Part shown: piece after piece, positions 32,201 to 47,799 of the stretch
Layout of the letters: every line of letters begins with the position of its first letter
How positions within the stretch are numbered: the stretch's first letter is position 1
From: Eledone cirrhosa
Taxonomy: Eukaryota
Assembly: GCA_964016885.1 (NCBI GenBank)
Contig: OZ024759.1
Location: 992,001-1,056,000, forward strand
DNA length: 64,000 bases
Direction of reading: 5' to 3'
The notes under the pieces: model-generated
What the model was told of the DNA's origin: nothing
The model's database searches: none
What the model saw: only the letters and a program-made list of their open reading frames with translations
Program-made: the position numbers and the translations under genes

Positions 32201-32850
32201 AGTAACATGACACAGTCTATATTAGTAACATGACACAGTGTATATTAGTAACATGACAGTGTATATTAGTAACATGACAAAGTCTATATTAGTAACATGG
32301 CAAAGTCTATGTTAGTAACATGACAAAGTCTATATTAGTAACATGACACAGTCTATATTAGTAACATGACAAAGTCTATATTAGTAACATGACAAAGTCT
32401 ATATTAGTAACATGACACAGTGTATATTAGTAATATGACAGTCTATATTAGTAGCATGACAAAGTCTATATTAGTAACATGACAAAGTCTATATTAGTAA
32501 CATGACACAGTCTATATTAGTAACATGACACAGTCTATATTAGTAACATGACAAAGTCTATATTAGTAACATGGCAAAGTTATATTAGTAACATGACAAA
32601 GTCTATATTAGTAACATGACAAGGTCTATATTAGTAACATGACAAAGTCTCTATTAGTAACATGACAGTCTATATTAGTAACATGCCAAAGTCTATATTA
32701 GTAGCATGACAAAGTCTATATTAGTAGCATGACACAGTCTATATTAGTAACATGACACAGTCTATATTAGTAACATGACACAGTCTATATTTGTAGCATG
32801 ACAAAGTCTATATTAGTAACATGACAAAGTCTATATTAGTAACATGACAA
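24830..32850. repeat. Near-perfect adjacent tandem duplication of a 4,009-bp block inside the satellite
   Basis: Constant 4,009-bp offset of rare variants: GATACAG 24918/28927, GACACTGTC 25351/29360, private TTAGAAAG 26421/30430, GACGGTC 28045/32054, TTTGTAGC 28781/32790. Confidence 0.9.
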
Positions 32851-34229
32851 AGTCTATATTAGTAACATGACAAAGTCTATATTAGTAACATGACACAGTG
32901 TATATTAGTAATATGACAGTCTATATTAGTAGCATGACAAAGTCTATATTAGTAACATGACAAAGTCTATATTAGTAACATGACACAGTCTATATTAGTA
33001 ACATGACACAGTCTATATTAGTAACATGACACAGTCTATATTAGTAACATGACAAAGTCTATATTAGTAACATGGCAAAGTTATATTAGTAACATGACAA
33101 AGTCTATATTAGTAACATGACAAGGTCTATATTAGTAACATGACAAAGTCTCTATTAGTAACATGACAAAGTCTATATTAGTAACATGACAGTCTATATT
33201 AGTAACATGACAAAGTCTATATTAGTAACATGACAGTCTATATTGTAACATGACACAGTCTATATTAGTAACATGACACAGTCTATATTAGTAACATGAC
33301 AGTCTATATTAGTAACATGACAAAGTCTATATTAGTAACATGACAAAGTCTATATTAGTAACATGACAAAGTCTATATTAGTAACATGACACAGTCTATA
33401 TTAGTAACATGACAAAGTCTATATTAGTAGCATGACAAAGTCTATATTAGTAACATGACACAGTCTATATTAGTAACATGACAAAGTCTATATTAGTAAC
33501 ATGACAAAGTCTATATTAGTAACATGACAAAGTCTATATTAGTAACATGACTAAGTCTATATTAGTAACATGACACAGTCTATATTAGTAACATGACAGT
33601 CTATATTAGTAGCATGACAAAGTCTATATTAGTAACATGACAAACTCTATATTAGTAACATGACACAGTCTATATTAGTAACATGACACAGTGTATATTA
33701 GTAACATGACAGTGTATATTAGTAACATGACAAAGTCTATATTAGTAACATGGCAAAGTCTATGTTAGTAACATGACAAAGTCTATATTAGTAACATGAC
33801 AGTCTATATTAGTAACATGACACATTCTATATTAGTAACATGACAAAGTCTATATTAGTAGCATGACAAAGTCTATATTAGTAACATGACAGTCTATATT
33901 AGTAACATGCCAAAGTCTATATTAGTAGCATGACAAAGTCTATATTAGTAGCATGACACAGTCTATATTAGTAACATGACACAGTCTATATTAGTAACAT
34001 GACACAGTCTATATTTGTAGCATGACAAAGTCTATATTAGTAACATGACAAAGTCTATATTAGTAACATGACACAGTCTATATTAGTAACATGACAAAGT
34101 CTATATTAGTAACATGACAAAGTCTATATTAGTAACATGACACAGTGTATATTAGTAATATGACAGTCTATATTAGTAGCATGACAAAGTCTATATTAGT
34201 AACATGACAAAGTCTATATTAGTAACATG

Positions 34230-37200
34230 ACACAGTCTATATTAGTAACATGACACAGTCTATATTAGTAACATGACACAGTCTATATTAGTAACATGAC
34301 AAAGTCTATATTAGTAACATGGCAAAGTCTATATTAGTAACATGACAAAGTCTATATTAGTAACATGACAAGGTCTATATTAGTAACATGACACAGTCTA
34401 TATTAGTAACATGACAAAGTCTATATTAGTAACATGACACAGTCTATATTAGTAACATGCCAAAGTCTATATTAGTAGCATGACAAAGTCTATATTAGTA
34501 GCATGACACAGTCTATATTAGTAACATGACACAGTCTATATTAGTAACATGACACAGTCTATATTAGTAGCATGACAAAGTCTATATTAGTAACATGACA
34601 AAGTCTATATTAGTAACATGAGAAAGTCTATATTAGTAACATGACACAGTCTATATTAGTAACATGACAAAGTCTATATTAGTAACATGACACAGTCTAT
34701 ATTAGTAACATGACACAGTCTATATTAGTAACATGACAAAGTCTATATAAGTAGCATGACCAAGTCTATATTAGTAACATGACAAAGTCTATATTAGTAA
34801 CATGACACAGTCTATATTAGTAACATGACAAAGTCTATATTAGTAACATGACGGTCTATATTAGTAACATGACAGTCTATATTAGTAACATGACTAAGTC
34901 TATATTAGTAACATGACACAGTCTATATTAGTAACATGACAGTCTATATTAGTAGCATGACAAAGTCTATATTAGTGACATGACAAAGTCTATATTAGTA
35001 ACATGACACAGTCTATATTAGTAACATGACACAGTGTATATTAGTAACATGACAGTGTATATTAGTAACATGACAAAGTCTATATTAGTAACATGGCAAA
35101 GTCTATGTTAGTAACATGACAAAGTCTATATTAGTAACATGACACAGTCTATATTAGTAACATGACAAAGTCTATATTAGTAACATGACAAAGTCTATAT
35201 TAGTAACATGACACAGTGTATATTAGTAATATGACAGTCTATATTAGTAGCATGACAAAGTCTATATTAGTAACATGACAAAGTCTATATTAGTAACATG
35301 ACACAGTCTATATTAGTAACATGACACAGTCTATATTAGTAACATGACACAGTCTATATTAGTAACATGACAAAGTCTATATTAGTAACATGGCAAAGTT
35401 ATATTAGTAACATGACAAAGTCTATATTAGTAACATGACAAGGTCTATATTAGTAACATGACAAAGTCTCTATTAGTAACATGACAGTCTATATTAGTAA
35501 CATGCCAAAGTCTATATTAGTAGCATGACAAAGTCTATATTAGTAGCATGACACAGTCTATATTAGTAACATGACACAGTCTATATTAGTAACATGACAC
35601 AGTCTATATTTGTAGCATGACAAAGTCTATATTAGTAACATGACAAAGTCTATATTAGTAACATGACACAGTCTATATTAGTAACATGACAAAGTCTATA
35701 TTAGTAACATGACAAAGTCTATATTAGTAACATGACACAGTGTATATTAGTAATATGACAGTCTATATTAGTAGCATGACAAAGTCTATATTAGTAACAT
35801 GACAAAGTCTATATTAATAACATGACACAGTCTATATTAGTAACATGACACAGTCTATATTAGTAACATGACACAGTCTATATTAGTAACATGACAAAGT
35901 CTATATTAGTAACATGGCAAAGTTATATTAGTAACATGACAAAGTCTATATTAGTAACATGACAAGGTCTATATTAGTAACATGACAAAGTCTCTATTAG
36001 TAACATGACAAAGTCTATATTAGTAACATGACAGTCTATATTAGTAACATGACAAAGTCTATATTAGTAACATGACAGTCTATATTGTAACATGACACAG
36101 TCTATATTAGTAACATGACACAGTCTATATTAGTAACATGACAGTCTATATTAGTAACATGACAAAGTCTATATTAGTAACATGACAAAGTCTATATTAG
36201 TAACATGACAAAGTCTATATTAGTAGCATGACACAGTCTATATTAGTAACATGACAAAGTCTATATTAGTAACATGACACAGTCTATATTAGTAACATGA
36301 CAAAGTCTATATTAGTAACATGACACAGTCTATATTAGTAACATGACATAGTCTATATTAGTAACATGACAAAGTCTATATTAGTAGAATGACACAGTCT
36401 ATATTAGTAACATGACACAGTCTATATTAGTAACATGACAGTCTATATTAGTAACATGACAAAGTCTATATTAGTAGCATGACAAAGTCTATATTAGTAA
36501 CATGACACAGTCTATATTAGTAACGTGACAATCTATATTAGTAACATGACACAGTCTATATTAGTAACATGACACAGTCTATATTAGTAACATGACAAAG
36601 TCTATATTAGTAGCATGACAAAGTCTATATTAGCAACATGACAAAGTCTATATTAGTAACATAACACAGTCTATATTAGTAACATGACACAGTCTATATT
36701 AGTAACATGACACAGTCTATATTAGTAACATGACAAAGTCTATATTAGTAACATGGCAAAGTCTATATTAGTAACATGACAAAGTCTATATTAGTAACAT
36801 GACAAGGTCTATATTAGTAACATGACACAGTCTATATTAGTAACATGACAAAGTCTATATTAGTAACATGACACAGTCTATATTAGTAACATGCCAAAGT
36901 CTATATTAGTAGCATGACAAAGTCTATATTAGTAGCATGACACAGTCTATATTAGTAACATGACACAGTCTATATTAGTAACATGACACAGTCTATATTA
37001 GTAGCATGACAAAGTCTATATTAGTAACATGACAAAGTCTATATTAGTAACATGAGAAAGTCTATATTAGTAACATGACACAGTCTATATTAGTAACATG
37101 ACAAAGTCTATATTAGTAACATGACACAGTCTATATTAGTAACATGACACAGTCTATATTAGTAACATGACAAAGTCTATATAAGTAGCATGACCAAGTC

Positions 37201-39100
37201 TATATTAGTAACATGACAAAGTCTATATTAGTAACATGACACAGTCTATATTAGTAACATGACAAAGTCTATATTAGTAACATGACGGTCTATATTAGTA
37301 ACATGACAGTCTATATTAGTAACATGACTAAGTCTATATTAGTAACATGACACAGTCTATATTAGTAACATGACAGTCTATATTAGTAGCATGACAAAGT
37401 CTATATTAGTGACATGACAAAGTCTATATTAGTAACATGACACAGTCTATATTAGTAACATGACACAGTGTATATTAGTAACATGACAGTGTATATTAGT
37501 AACATGACAAAGTCTATATTAGTAACATGGCAAAGTCTATGTTAGTAACATGACAAAGTCTATATTAGTAACATGACACAGTCTATATTAGTAACATGAC
37601 AAAGTCTATATTAGTAACATGACAAAGTCTATATTAGTAACATGACACAGTGTATATTAGTAATATGACAGTCTATATTAGTAGCATGACAAAGTCTATA
37701 TTAGTAACATGACAAAGTCTATATTAGTAACATGACACAGTCTATATTAGTAACATGACACAGTCTATATTAGTAACATGACACAGTCTATATTAGTAAC
37801 ATGACAAAGTCTATATTAGTAACATGGCAAAGTTATATTAGTAACATGACAAAGTCTATATTAGTAACATGACAAGGTCTATATTAGTAACATGACAAAG
37901 TCTCTATTAGTAACATGACAGTCTATATTAGTAACATGCCAAAGTCTATATTAGTAGCATGACAAAGTCTATATTAGTAGCATGACACAGTCTATATTAG
38001 TAACATGACACAGTCTATATTAGTAACATGACACAGTCTATATTTGTAGCATGACAAAGTCTATATTAGTAACATGACAAAGTCTATATTAGTAACATGA
38101 CACAGTCTATATTAGTAACATGACAAAGTCTATATTAGTAACATGACAAAGTCTATATTAGTAACATGACACAGTGTATATTAGTAATATGACAGTCTAT
38201 ATTAGTAGCATGACAAAGTCTATATTAGTAACATGACAAAGTCTATATTAATAACATGACACAGTCTATATTAGTAACATGACACAGTCTATATTAGTAA
38301 CATGACACAGTCTATATTAGTAACATGACAAAGTCTATATTAGTAACATGGCAAAGTTATATTAGTAACATGACAAAGTCTATATTAGTAACATGACAAG
38401 GTCTATATTAGTAACATGACAAAGTCTCTATTAGTAACATGACAAAGTCTATATTAGTAACATGACAGTCTATATTAGTAACATGACAAAGTCTATATTA
38501 GTAACATGACAGTCTATATTGTAACATGACACAGTCTATATTAGTAACATGACACAGTCTATATTAGTAACATGACAGTCTATATTAGTAACATGACAAA
38601 GTCTATATTAGTAACATGACAAAGTCTATATTAGTAACATGACAAAGTCTATATTAGTAGCATGACACAGTCTATATTAGTAACATGACAAAGTCTATAT
38701 TAGTAACATGACACAGTCTATATTAGTAACATGACAAAGTCTATATTAGTAACATGACACAGTCTATATTAGTAACATGACATAGTCTATATTAGTAACA
38801 TGACAAAGTCTATATTAGTAGAATGACACAGTCTATATTAGTAACATGACACAGTCTATATTAGTAACATGACAGTCTATATTAGTAACATGACAAAGTC
38901 TATATTAGTAGCATGACAAAGTCTATATTAGTAACATGACACAGTCTATATTAGTAACGTGACAATCTATATTAGTAACATGACACAGTCTATATTAGTA
39001 ACATGACACAGTCTATATTAGTAACATGACAAAGTCTATATTAGTAGCATGACAAAGTCTATATTAGCAACATGACAAAGTCTATATTAGTAACATAACA
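34230..39100. repeat. Near-perfect adjacent tandem duplication of a 2,434-bp block
   Basis: Constant 2,434-bp offset: private TAAGTAGC 34748/37182, GACGGTC 34850/37284, private GTGACATG 34975/37409, GTAGAATG 36384/38818. Confidence 0.9.
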
Positions 39101-42100
39101 CAGTCTATATTAGTAACATGACAAAGTCTATATTAGTAACATGACAAAGTCTATATTAGTAACATGACACAGTCTATATTAGTAACATGACAAAGTCTAT
39201 ATTAGTAACATGACACTGTCTCTATTAGTTACTTGACAAAGTCTATATTAGTAACATGACACAGTCTATATTAGTAACATGACAAAGTCTATATTAGTAG
39301 CATGACAAAGTCTATATTAGTAACATGACAAAGTTTATATTAGTAACATGACACAGTCTATATTAGTAACATGACAAAGTCTATATTAGTAACATGACAC
39401 AGTCTATAATAGTAACATGACAAAGTCTATATTAGTAACATGACAGTCTATATTAGTAACATGACAGTCTATATTAGTAGCATGACAAAGTCTATATTAG
39501 TAACATGACAAAGTCTATATTAGTAACATGACACAGTCTATATTAGTAACATGACAGTCTATATTAGTAACATGACACATTCTATATTAGTAACATGACA
39601 AAGTCTATATTAGTAGCATGACAAAGTCTATATTAGTAACATGACAGTTTATATTAGTAACATGACAAAGTCTATATTAGTAGCATGACAAAGTCTACAT
39701 TAGTAGCATGACACAGTCTATATTAGTAACATGACACAGTCTATATTAGTAACATGACAAAGTCTATATTAGTAGCATGACACAGTCTATATTAGTAACA
39801 TGACACAGTCTATATTAGTAACATGACAGTCTATATTAGTAACATGACAAAGTCTATATTAGTAGCATGACAAAGTCTATATTAGTAACATGATACAGTC
39901 TATATTAGTAACATGACAATCTATATTAGTAACATGACACAGTCTATATTAGTAACATGACAAAGTCTATATTAGTAGCATCACAAAGTCTATATTAGTA
40001 ACATGACAGTCTATATTAGTAACATGACAAAGTCTATATTAGTAGCATGACAAAGTCTATATTAGTAGCATGACACAGTCTATATTAGTAACATGACACA
40101 GTCTATATTAGTAACATGACACAGTCTATATTAGTAACATGACAAAGTCTATATTAGCAGCATGACAAAGTCTATATTAGTAACATGACAAAGTCTATAT
40201 TAGTAACATGACACAGTCTATATTAGTAACATGACAAAGTCTATATTAGTAACATGACAAAGTCTATATTAGTAACATGACACAGTCTATATTAGTAACA
40301 TGACAAAGTCTATATTAGTAACATGACACTGTCTATATTAGTAACTTGACAAAGTCTGTATTAGTAACATGACACAGTCTATATTAGTAACATGACACAG
40401 TCTATATTAGTAACATGACAAAGTCTATATTAGTAGCATGACAATGTCTATATTAGTAACATGACAAAGTCTATATTAGTAACATGACACAGTCTATATT
40501 AGTAACATGACAAAGTCTATATTAGTAACATGACACAGTCTATATTAGTAACATGACAAAGTCTATATTAGTAACATGACAGTCTATATTAGTAACATGA
40601 CAGTCTATATTAGTAGCATGACAAAGTCTATATTAGTAACATGACAAAGTCTATATTAGTAACATGACACAGTCTATATTAGTAACATGACACAGTCTAT
40701 ATTAGTAACATGACAGTCTATATTAGTAGCATGACAAAGTCTATATTAGTAACATGACAAAGTCTATATTAGTAACATGACACAGTCTATATTAGTAACA
40801 TGACACAGTGTATATTAGTAACATGACAGTGTATATTAGTAACATGACAAAGTCTATATTAGTAACATGGCAAAGTCTATGTTAGTAACATGACAAAGTC
40901 TATATTAGTAACATGACAGTCTATATTAGTAACATGACACATTCTATATTAGTAACATGACAAAGTCTATATTAGTAGCATGACAAAGTCTATATTAGTA
41001 ACATGACAGTCTATATTAGTAACATGCCAAAGTCTATATTAGTAGCATGACAAAGTCTATATTAGTAGCATGACACAGTCTATATTAGTAACATGACACA
41101 GTCTATATTAGTAACATGACACAGTCTATATTTGTAGCATGACAAAGTCTATATTAGTAACATGACAAAGTCTATATTAGTAACATGACACAGTCTATAT
41201 TAGTAACATGACAAAGTCTATATTAGTAACATGACAAAGTCTATATTAGTAACATGACACAGTGTATATTAGTAATATGACAGTCTATATTAGTAGCATG
41301 ACAAAGTCTATATTAGTAACATGACAAAGTCTATATTAGTAACATGACACAGTCTATATTAGTAACATGACACAGTCTATATTAGTAACATGACAAAGTC
41401 TATATTAGTAACATGGCAAAGTCTATATTAGTAACATGACAAAGTCTATATTAGTAACATGACAAGGTCTATATTAGTAACATGACACAGTCTATATTAG
41501 TAACATGACAAAGTCTATATTAGTAACATGACACAGTCTATATTAGTAACATGCCAAAGTCTATATTAGTAGCATGACAAAGTCTATATTAGTAGCATGA
41601 CACAGTCTATATTAGTAACATGACACAGTCTATATTAGTAACATGACACAGTCTATATTAGTAGCATGACAAAGTCTATATTAGTAACATGACAAAGTCT
41701 ATATTAGTAACATGAGAAAGTCTATATTAGTACCATGACACAGTCTATATTACTAACATGACAAAGTCTATATTAGTAACATGACAAAGTCTATATTAGT
41801 AACATGACAAAGTCTATATTAGTAACATGACACAGTCTATATTAGTAACATGACAAAGTCTATATTAGTAACATGACACAGTCTATATTAGTAACATGAC
41901 AAAGTCTATATTAGTAGCATGACAAAGTCTATATTAGTAACATGACACAGTCTATATTAGTAACATGACAAAGTCTATATTAGTAACATGACAAAGTCTA
42001 TATTAGTAACATGACAAAGTCTATATTAGTAACATGACTAAGTCTATATTAGTAACATGACACAGTCTATATTAGTAACATGACAGTCTATATTAGTAGC

Positions 42101-45100
42101 ATGACAAAGTCTATATTAGTAACATGACAAAGTCTATATTAGTAACATGACACAGTCTATATTAGTAACATGACACAGTGTATATTAGTAACATGACAGT
42201 GTATATTAGTAACATGACAAAGTCTATATTAGTAACATGGCAAAGTCTATGTTAGTAACATGACAAAGTCTATATTAGTAACATGACAGTCTATATTAGT
42301 AACATGACACATTCTATATTAGTAACATGACAACGTCTATATTAGTAGCATGACAAAGTCTATATTAGTAACATGACAGTCTATATTAGTAACATGCCAA
42401 AGTCTATATTAGTAGCATGACAAAGTCTATATTTGTAGCATGACACAGTCTATATTAGTAACATGACACAGTCTATATTAGTAACATGACACAGTCTATA
42501 TTTGTAGCATGACAAAGTCTATATTAGTAACATGACAAAGTCTATATTAGTAACATGACACAGTCTATATTAGTAACATGACAAAGTCTATATTAGTAAC
42601 ATGACAAAGTCTATATTAGTAACATGACACAGTGTATATTAGTAATATGACAGTCTATATTAGTAGCATGACAAAGTCTATATTAGTAACATGACAAAGT
42701 CTATATTAGTAACATGACACAGTCTATATTAGTAACATGACAAAGTCTATATTAGTAACATGACAAGGTCTATATTAGTAACATGACAAAGTCTATATTA
42801 GTAACATGAGAAAGTCTATATTAGTACCATGACACAGTCTATATTACTAACATGACAAAGTCTATATTAGTAGCATGACAAAGTCTATATTAGTAACATG
42901 ACAGTCTATATTAGTAACATGCCAAAGTCTATATTAGTAGCATGACAAAGTCTATATTAGTAGCATGACACAGTCTATATTAGTAACATGACACAGTCTA
43001 TATTAGTAACATGACACAGTCTATATTTGTAGCATGACAAAGTCTATATTAGTAACATGACAAAGTCTATATTAGTAACATGACACAGTCTATATTAGTA
43101 ACATGACAAAGTCTATATTAGTAACATGACAATGTCTATATTAGTAACATGACACAGTGTATATTAGTAATATGACAGTCTATATTAGTAGCATGACAAA
43201 GTCTATATTAGTAACATGACAAAGTCTATATTAGTAACATGACACAGTCTATATTAGTAACATGACACAGTCTATATTAGTAACATGACAAAGTCTATAT
43301 TAGTAACATGGCAAAGTCTATATTAGTAACATGACAAAGTCTATATTAGTAACATGACAAGGTCTATATTAGTAACATGACACAGTCTATATTAGTAACA
43401 TGACAAAGTCTATATTAGTAACATGACACACTCTATATTAGTAACATGCCAAAGTCTATATTAGTAGCATGACAAAGTCTATATTAGTAGCATGACACAG
43501 TCTATATTAGTAACATGACACAGTCTATATTAGTAACATGACACAGTCTATATTAGTAGCATGACAAAGTCTATATTAGTAACATGACAAAGTCTATATT
43601 AGTAACATGAGAAAGTCTATATTAGTACCATGACACAGTCTATATTACTAACATGACAAAGTCTATATTAGTAACATGACAAAGTCTATATTAGTAACAT
43701 GACAAAGTCTATATTAGTAACATGACACAGTCTATATTAGTAACATGACAAAGTCTATATTAGTAACATGACACAGTCTATATTAGTAACATGACAAAGT
43801 CTATATTAGTAGCATGACAAAGTCTATATTAGTAACATGACACAGTCTATATTAGTAACATGACAAAGTCTATATTAGTAACATGACAAAGTCTATATTA
43901 GTAACATGACAAAGTCTATATTAGTAACATGACTAAGTCTATATTAGTAACATGACACAGTCTATATTAGTAACATGACAGTCTATATTAGTAGCATGAC
44001 AAAGTCTATATTAGTAACATGACAAAGTCTATATTAGTAACATGACACAGTCTATATTAGTAACATGACACAGTGTATATTAGTAACATGACAGTGTATA
44101 TTAGTAACATGACAAAGTCTATATTAGTAACATGGCAAAGTCTATGTTAGTAACATGACAAAGTCTATATTAGTAACATGACAGTCTATATTAGTAACAT
44201 GACACATTCTATATTATTAACATGACAAAGTCTATATTAGTAGCATGACAAAGTCTATATTAGTAACATGACAGTCTATATTAGTAACATGCCAAAGTCT
44301 ATATTAGTAGCATGACAAAGTCTATATTAGTAGCATGACACAGTCTATATTAGTAACATGACACAGTCTATATTAGTAACATGACACAGTCTATATTTGT
44401 AGCATGACAAAGTCTATATTAGTAACATGACAAAGTCTATATTAGTAACATGACACAGTCTATATTAGTAACATGACAAAGTCTATATTAGTAACATGAC
44501 AAAGTCTATATTAGTAACATGACACAGTGTATATTAGTAATATGACAGTCTATATTAGTAGCATGACAAAGTCTATATTAGTAACATGACAAAGTCTATA
44601 TTAATAACATGACACAGTCTATATTAGTAACATGACACAGTCTATATTAGTAACATGACACAGTCTATATTAGTAACATGACAAAGTCTATATTAGTAAC
44701 ATGGCAAAGTCTATATTAGTAACATGACAAAGTCTATATTAGTAACATGACAAGGTCTATATTAGTAACATGACACAGTCTATATTAGTAACATGACAAA
44801 GTCTATATTAGTAACATGACACAGTCTATATTAGTAACATGCCAAAGTCTATATTAGTAGCATGACAAAGTCTATATTAGTAGCATGACACAGTCTATAT
44901 TAGTAACATGACACAGTCTATATTAGTAACATGACACAGTCTATATTAGTAGCATGACAAAGTCTATATTAGTAACATGACAAAGTCTATATTAGTAACA
45001 TGAGAAAGTCTATATTAGTAACATGACACAGTCTATATTAGTAACATGACAAAGTCTATATTAGTAACATGACACAGTCTATATTAGTAACATGACACAG

Positions 45101-47799
45101 TCTATATTAGTAACATGACAAAGTCTATATTAGTAGCATGACCAAGTCTATATTAGTAACATGACAAAGTCTATATTAGTAACATGACACAGTCTATATT
45201 AGTAACATGACAAAGTCTATATTAGTAACATGACGGTCTATATTAGTAACATGACAGTCTATATTAGTAGCATGACAAAGTCTATATTAGTAACATGACA
45301 CAGTCTATATTAGTAACATGACACAGTCTATATTAGTAACATGACACAGTCTATATTAGTAACATGACAAAGTCTATATTAGTAGCATGACAAAGTCTAT
45401 ATTAGTAACATGACACAGTCTATATTAGTAACATGACACAGTCTATATTAGTAACATGACATAGTCTATATTAGTAACATGACAAAGTCTATATTAGTAG
45501 CATGACACAGTCTAAATTAGTAACATGACACAGTCTATATTAGTAACATGACAGTCTATATTAGTAACATGACACAGTCTATATTAGTAACATGACAAAG
45601 TCTATATTAGTAGTATGACAAAGTCTATATTAGTAACATGACAGTCTATATTAGTAACATGACAAAGTCTATATTAGTAGCATGACAAAGTCTATATTAG
45701 TAGCATGATACAGTCTATATTAGTAACATGACACAGTCTATATCAGTAACATGACACAGTCTATATTAGTAACATGACAAAGTCTATATTAGTAGCATAA
45801 CAAAGTCTATATTAGTAACATGACAAAGTCTATATTAGTAACATGACACAGTCTATATTAGTAACATGACAAAGTCTATATTAGTAACATGACAGTCTAT
45901 ATTAGTAACATGACACAGTCTATATTAGTAACATGACAAAGTCTATATTAGTAACATGACACAGTCTATATTAGTAACATGACACAGTCTATATTAGTAA
46001 CATGACACAGTTTATATTAGTAACATGACAAAGTCTATATTAGTAACATGACAAAGTCTATATTAGTAACATGACAGTCTATATTAGTAACATGACAAAA
46101 TCTATATTAGTAACATGACAGTCTATATTAGTAACATGACAAAGTCTATATTAGTAACATGACAGTCTATATCGTACCATGACACAGTCTATATTAGTAA
46201 CATGACATAGTCTATATTAGTAACATGACAAAGTCTATATTAGTAACATGACAGTCTATATTGTAACATGACACAGTCTATATTAGTAACATGACACAGT
46301 CTATATTAGTAACATGACAGTCTATATTAGTAACATGACACAGTCTATATTAGTAACATGACACAGTCTATATTAGTAACATGACAGTCTATATTAGTAG
46401 CATGGCAATGTCTATATTAGTAACATGACACAGTCTATATTAGTAACAAGACATAGTCTATATTAGTAACATGACATAGTCTATATTAGTAGCATGACAA
46501 AGTCTATATTAGTAACATGACAAAGTCTATATTAGTAACATGACACAGTCTATCTTAGTAACATGACAAAGTCTATATTAGTAACATGACACAGTCTATA
46601 TTAGTAACATGACAAAGTCTATATTAGTAGCATGACAAAGTCTATATTAGTAACATGACACAGTCTATATTAGTAACATGACAAAGTCTATATTAGTAAC
46701 ATGACAAAGTCTATATTAGTAACATGACAAAGTCTATATTAGTAACATGACTAAGTCTATATTAGTAACATGACACAGTCTATATTAGTAACATGACAGT
46801 CTATATTAGTAGCATGACAAAGTCTATATTAGTAACATGACAAAGTCTATATTAGTAACATGACACAGTCTATATTAGTAACATGACACAGTCTATATTA
46901 GTAACATGACAGTCTATATTAGTAACATGACAAAGTCTATATTAGTAACATGGCAAAGTCTATGTTAGTAACATGACAAAGTCTATATTAGTAACATGAC
47001 AGTCTATATTAGTAACATGACACATTCTATATTAGTAACATGACAAAGTCTATATTAGTAGCATGACAAAGTCTATATTAGTAACATGACAGTCTATATT
47101 AGTAACATGCCAAAGTCTATATTAGTAGCATGACAAAGTCTATATTAGTAACATGACAAAGTCTATATTAGTAGCATGACAAAGTCTATATTAGTAGCAT
47201 GATACAGTCTATATTATTAACATGACACAGTCTATATTAGTAACATGACACAGTCTATATTAGTAACATGACAAAGTCTATATTAGTAGCATAACAAAGT
47301 CTATATTAGTAACATGACAAAGTCTATATTAGTAACATGACACAGTCTATATTAGTAACATGACAAAGTCTATATTAGTAACATGACAGTCTATATTAGT
47401 AACATGACACAGTCTATATTAGTAACATGACAAAGTATATATTAGTAACATGACACAGTCTATATTAGTAACATGACACAGTCTATATTAGTAACATGAC
47501 ACAGTTGATATTAGTAACATGACAAAGTCTATATTATTAACATGACAAAGTCTATATTAGTAACATGGCAGTCTATATTAGTAACATGACAAAGTCTATA
47601 TTAGTAACATGACACAGTCTATATTAGTAACATGACAAAGACTCTATTAGTAACATGACAAAGTCTATATTAGTAACATGACAGTCTATATTAGTAACAT
47701 GACAAAATCTATATTAGTAACATGACAGTCTATATTAGTAACATGACAAAGTCTATATTAGTAACATGACAGTCTATATCGTACCATGACACAGTCTAT

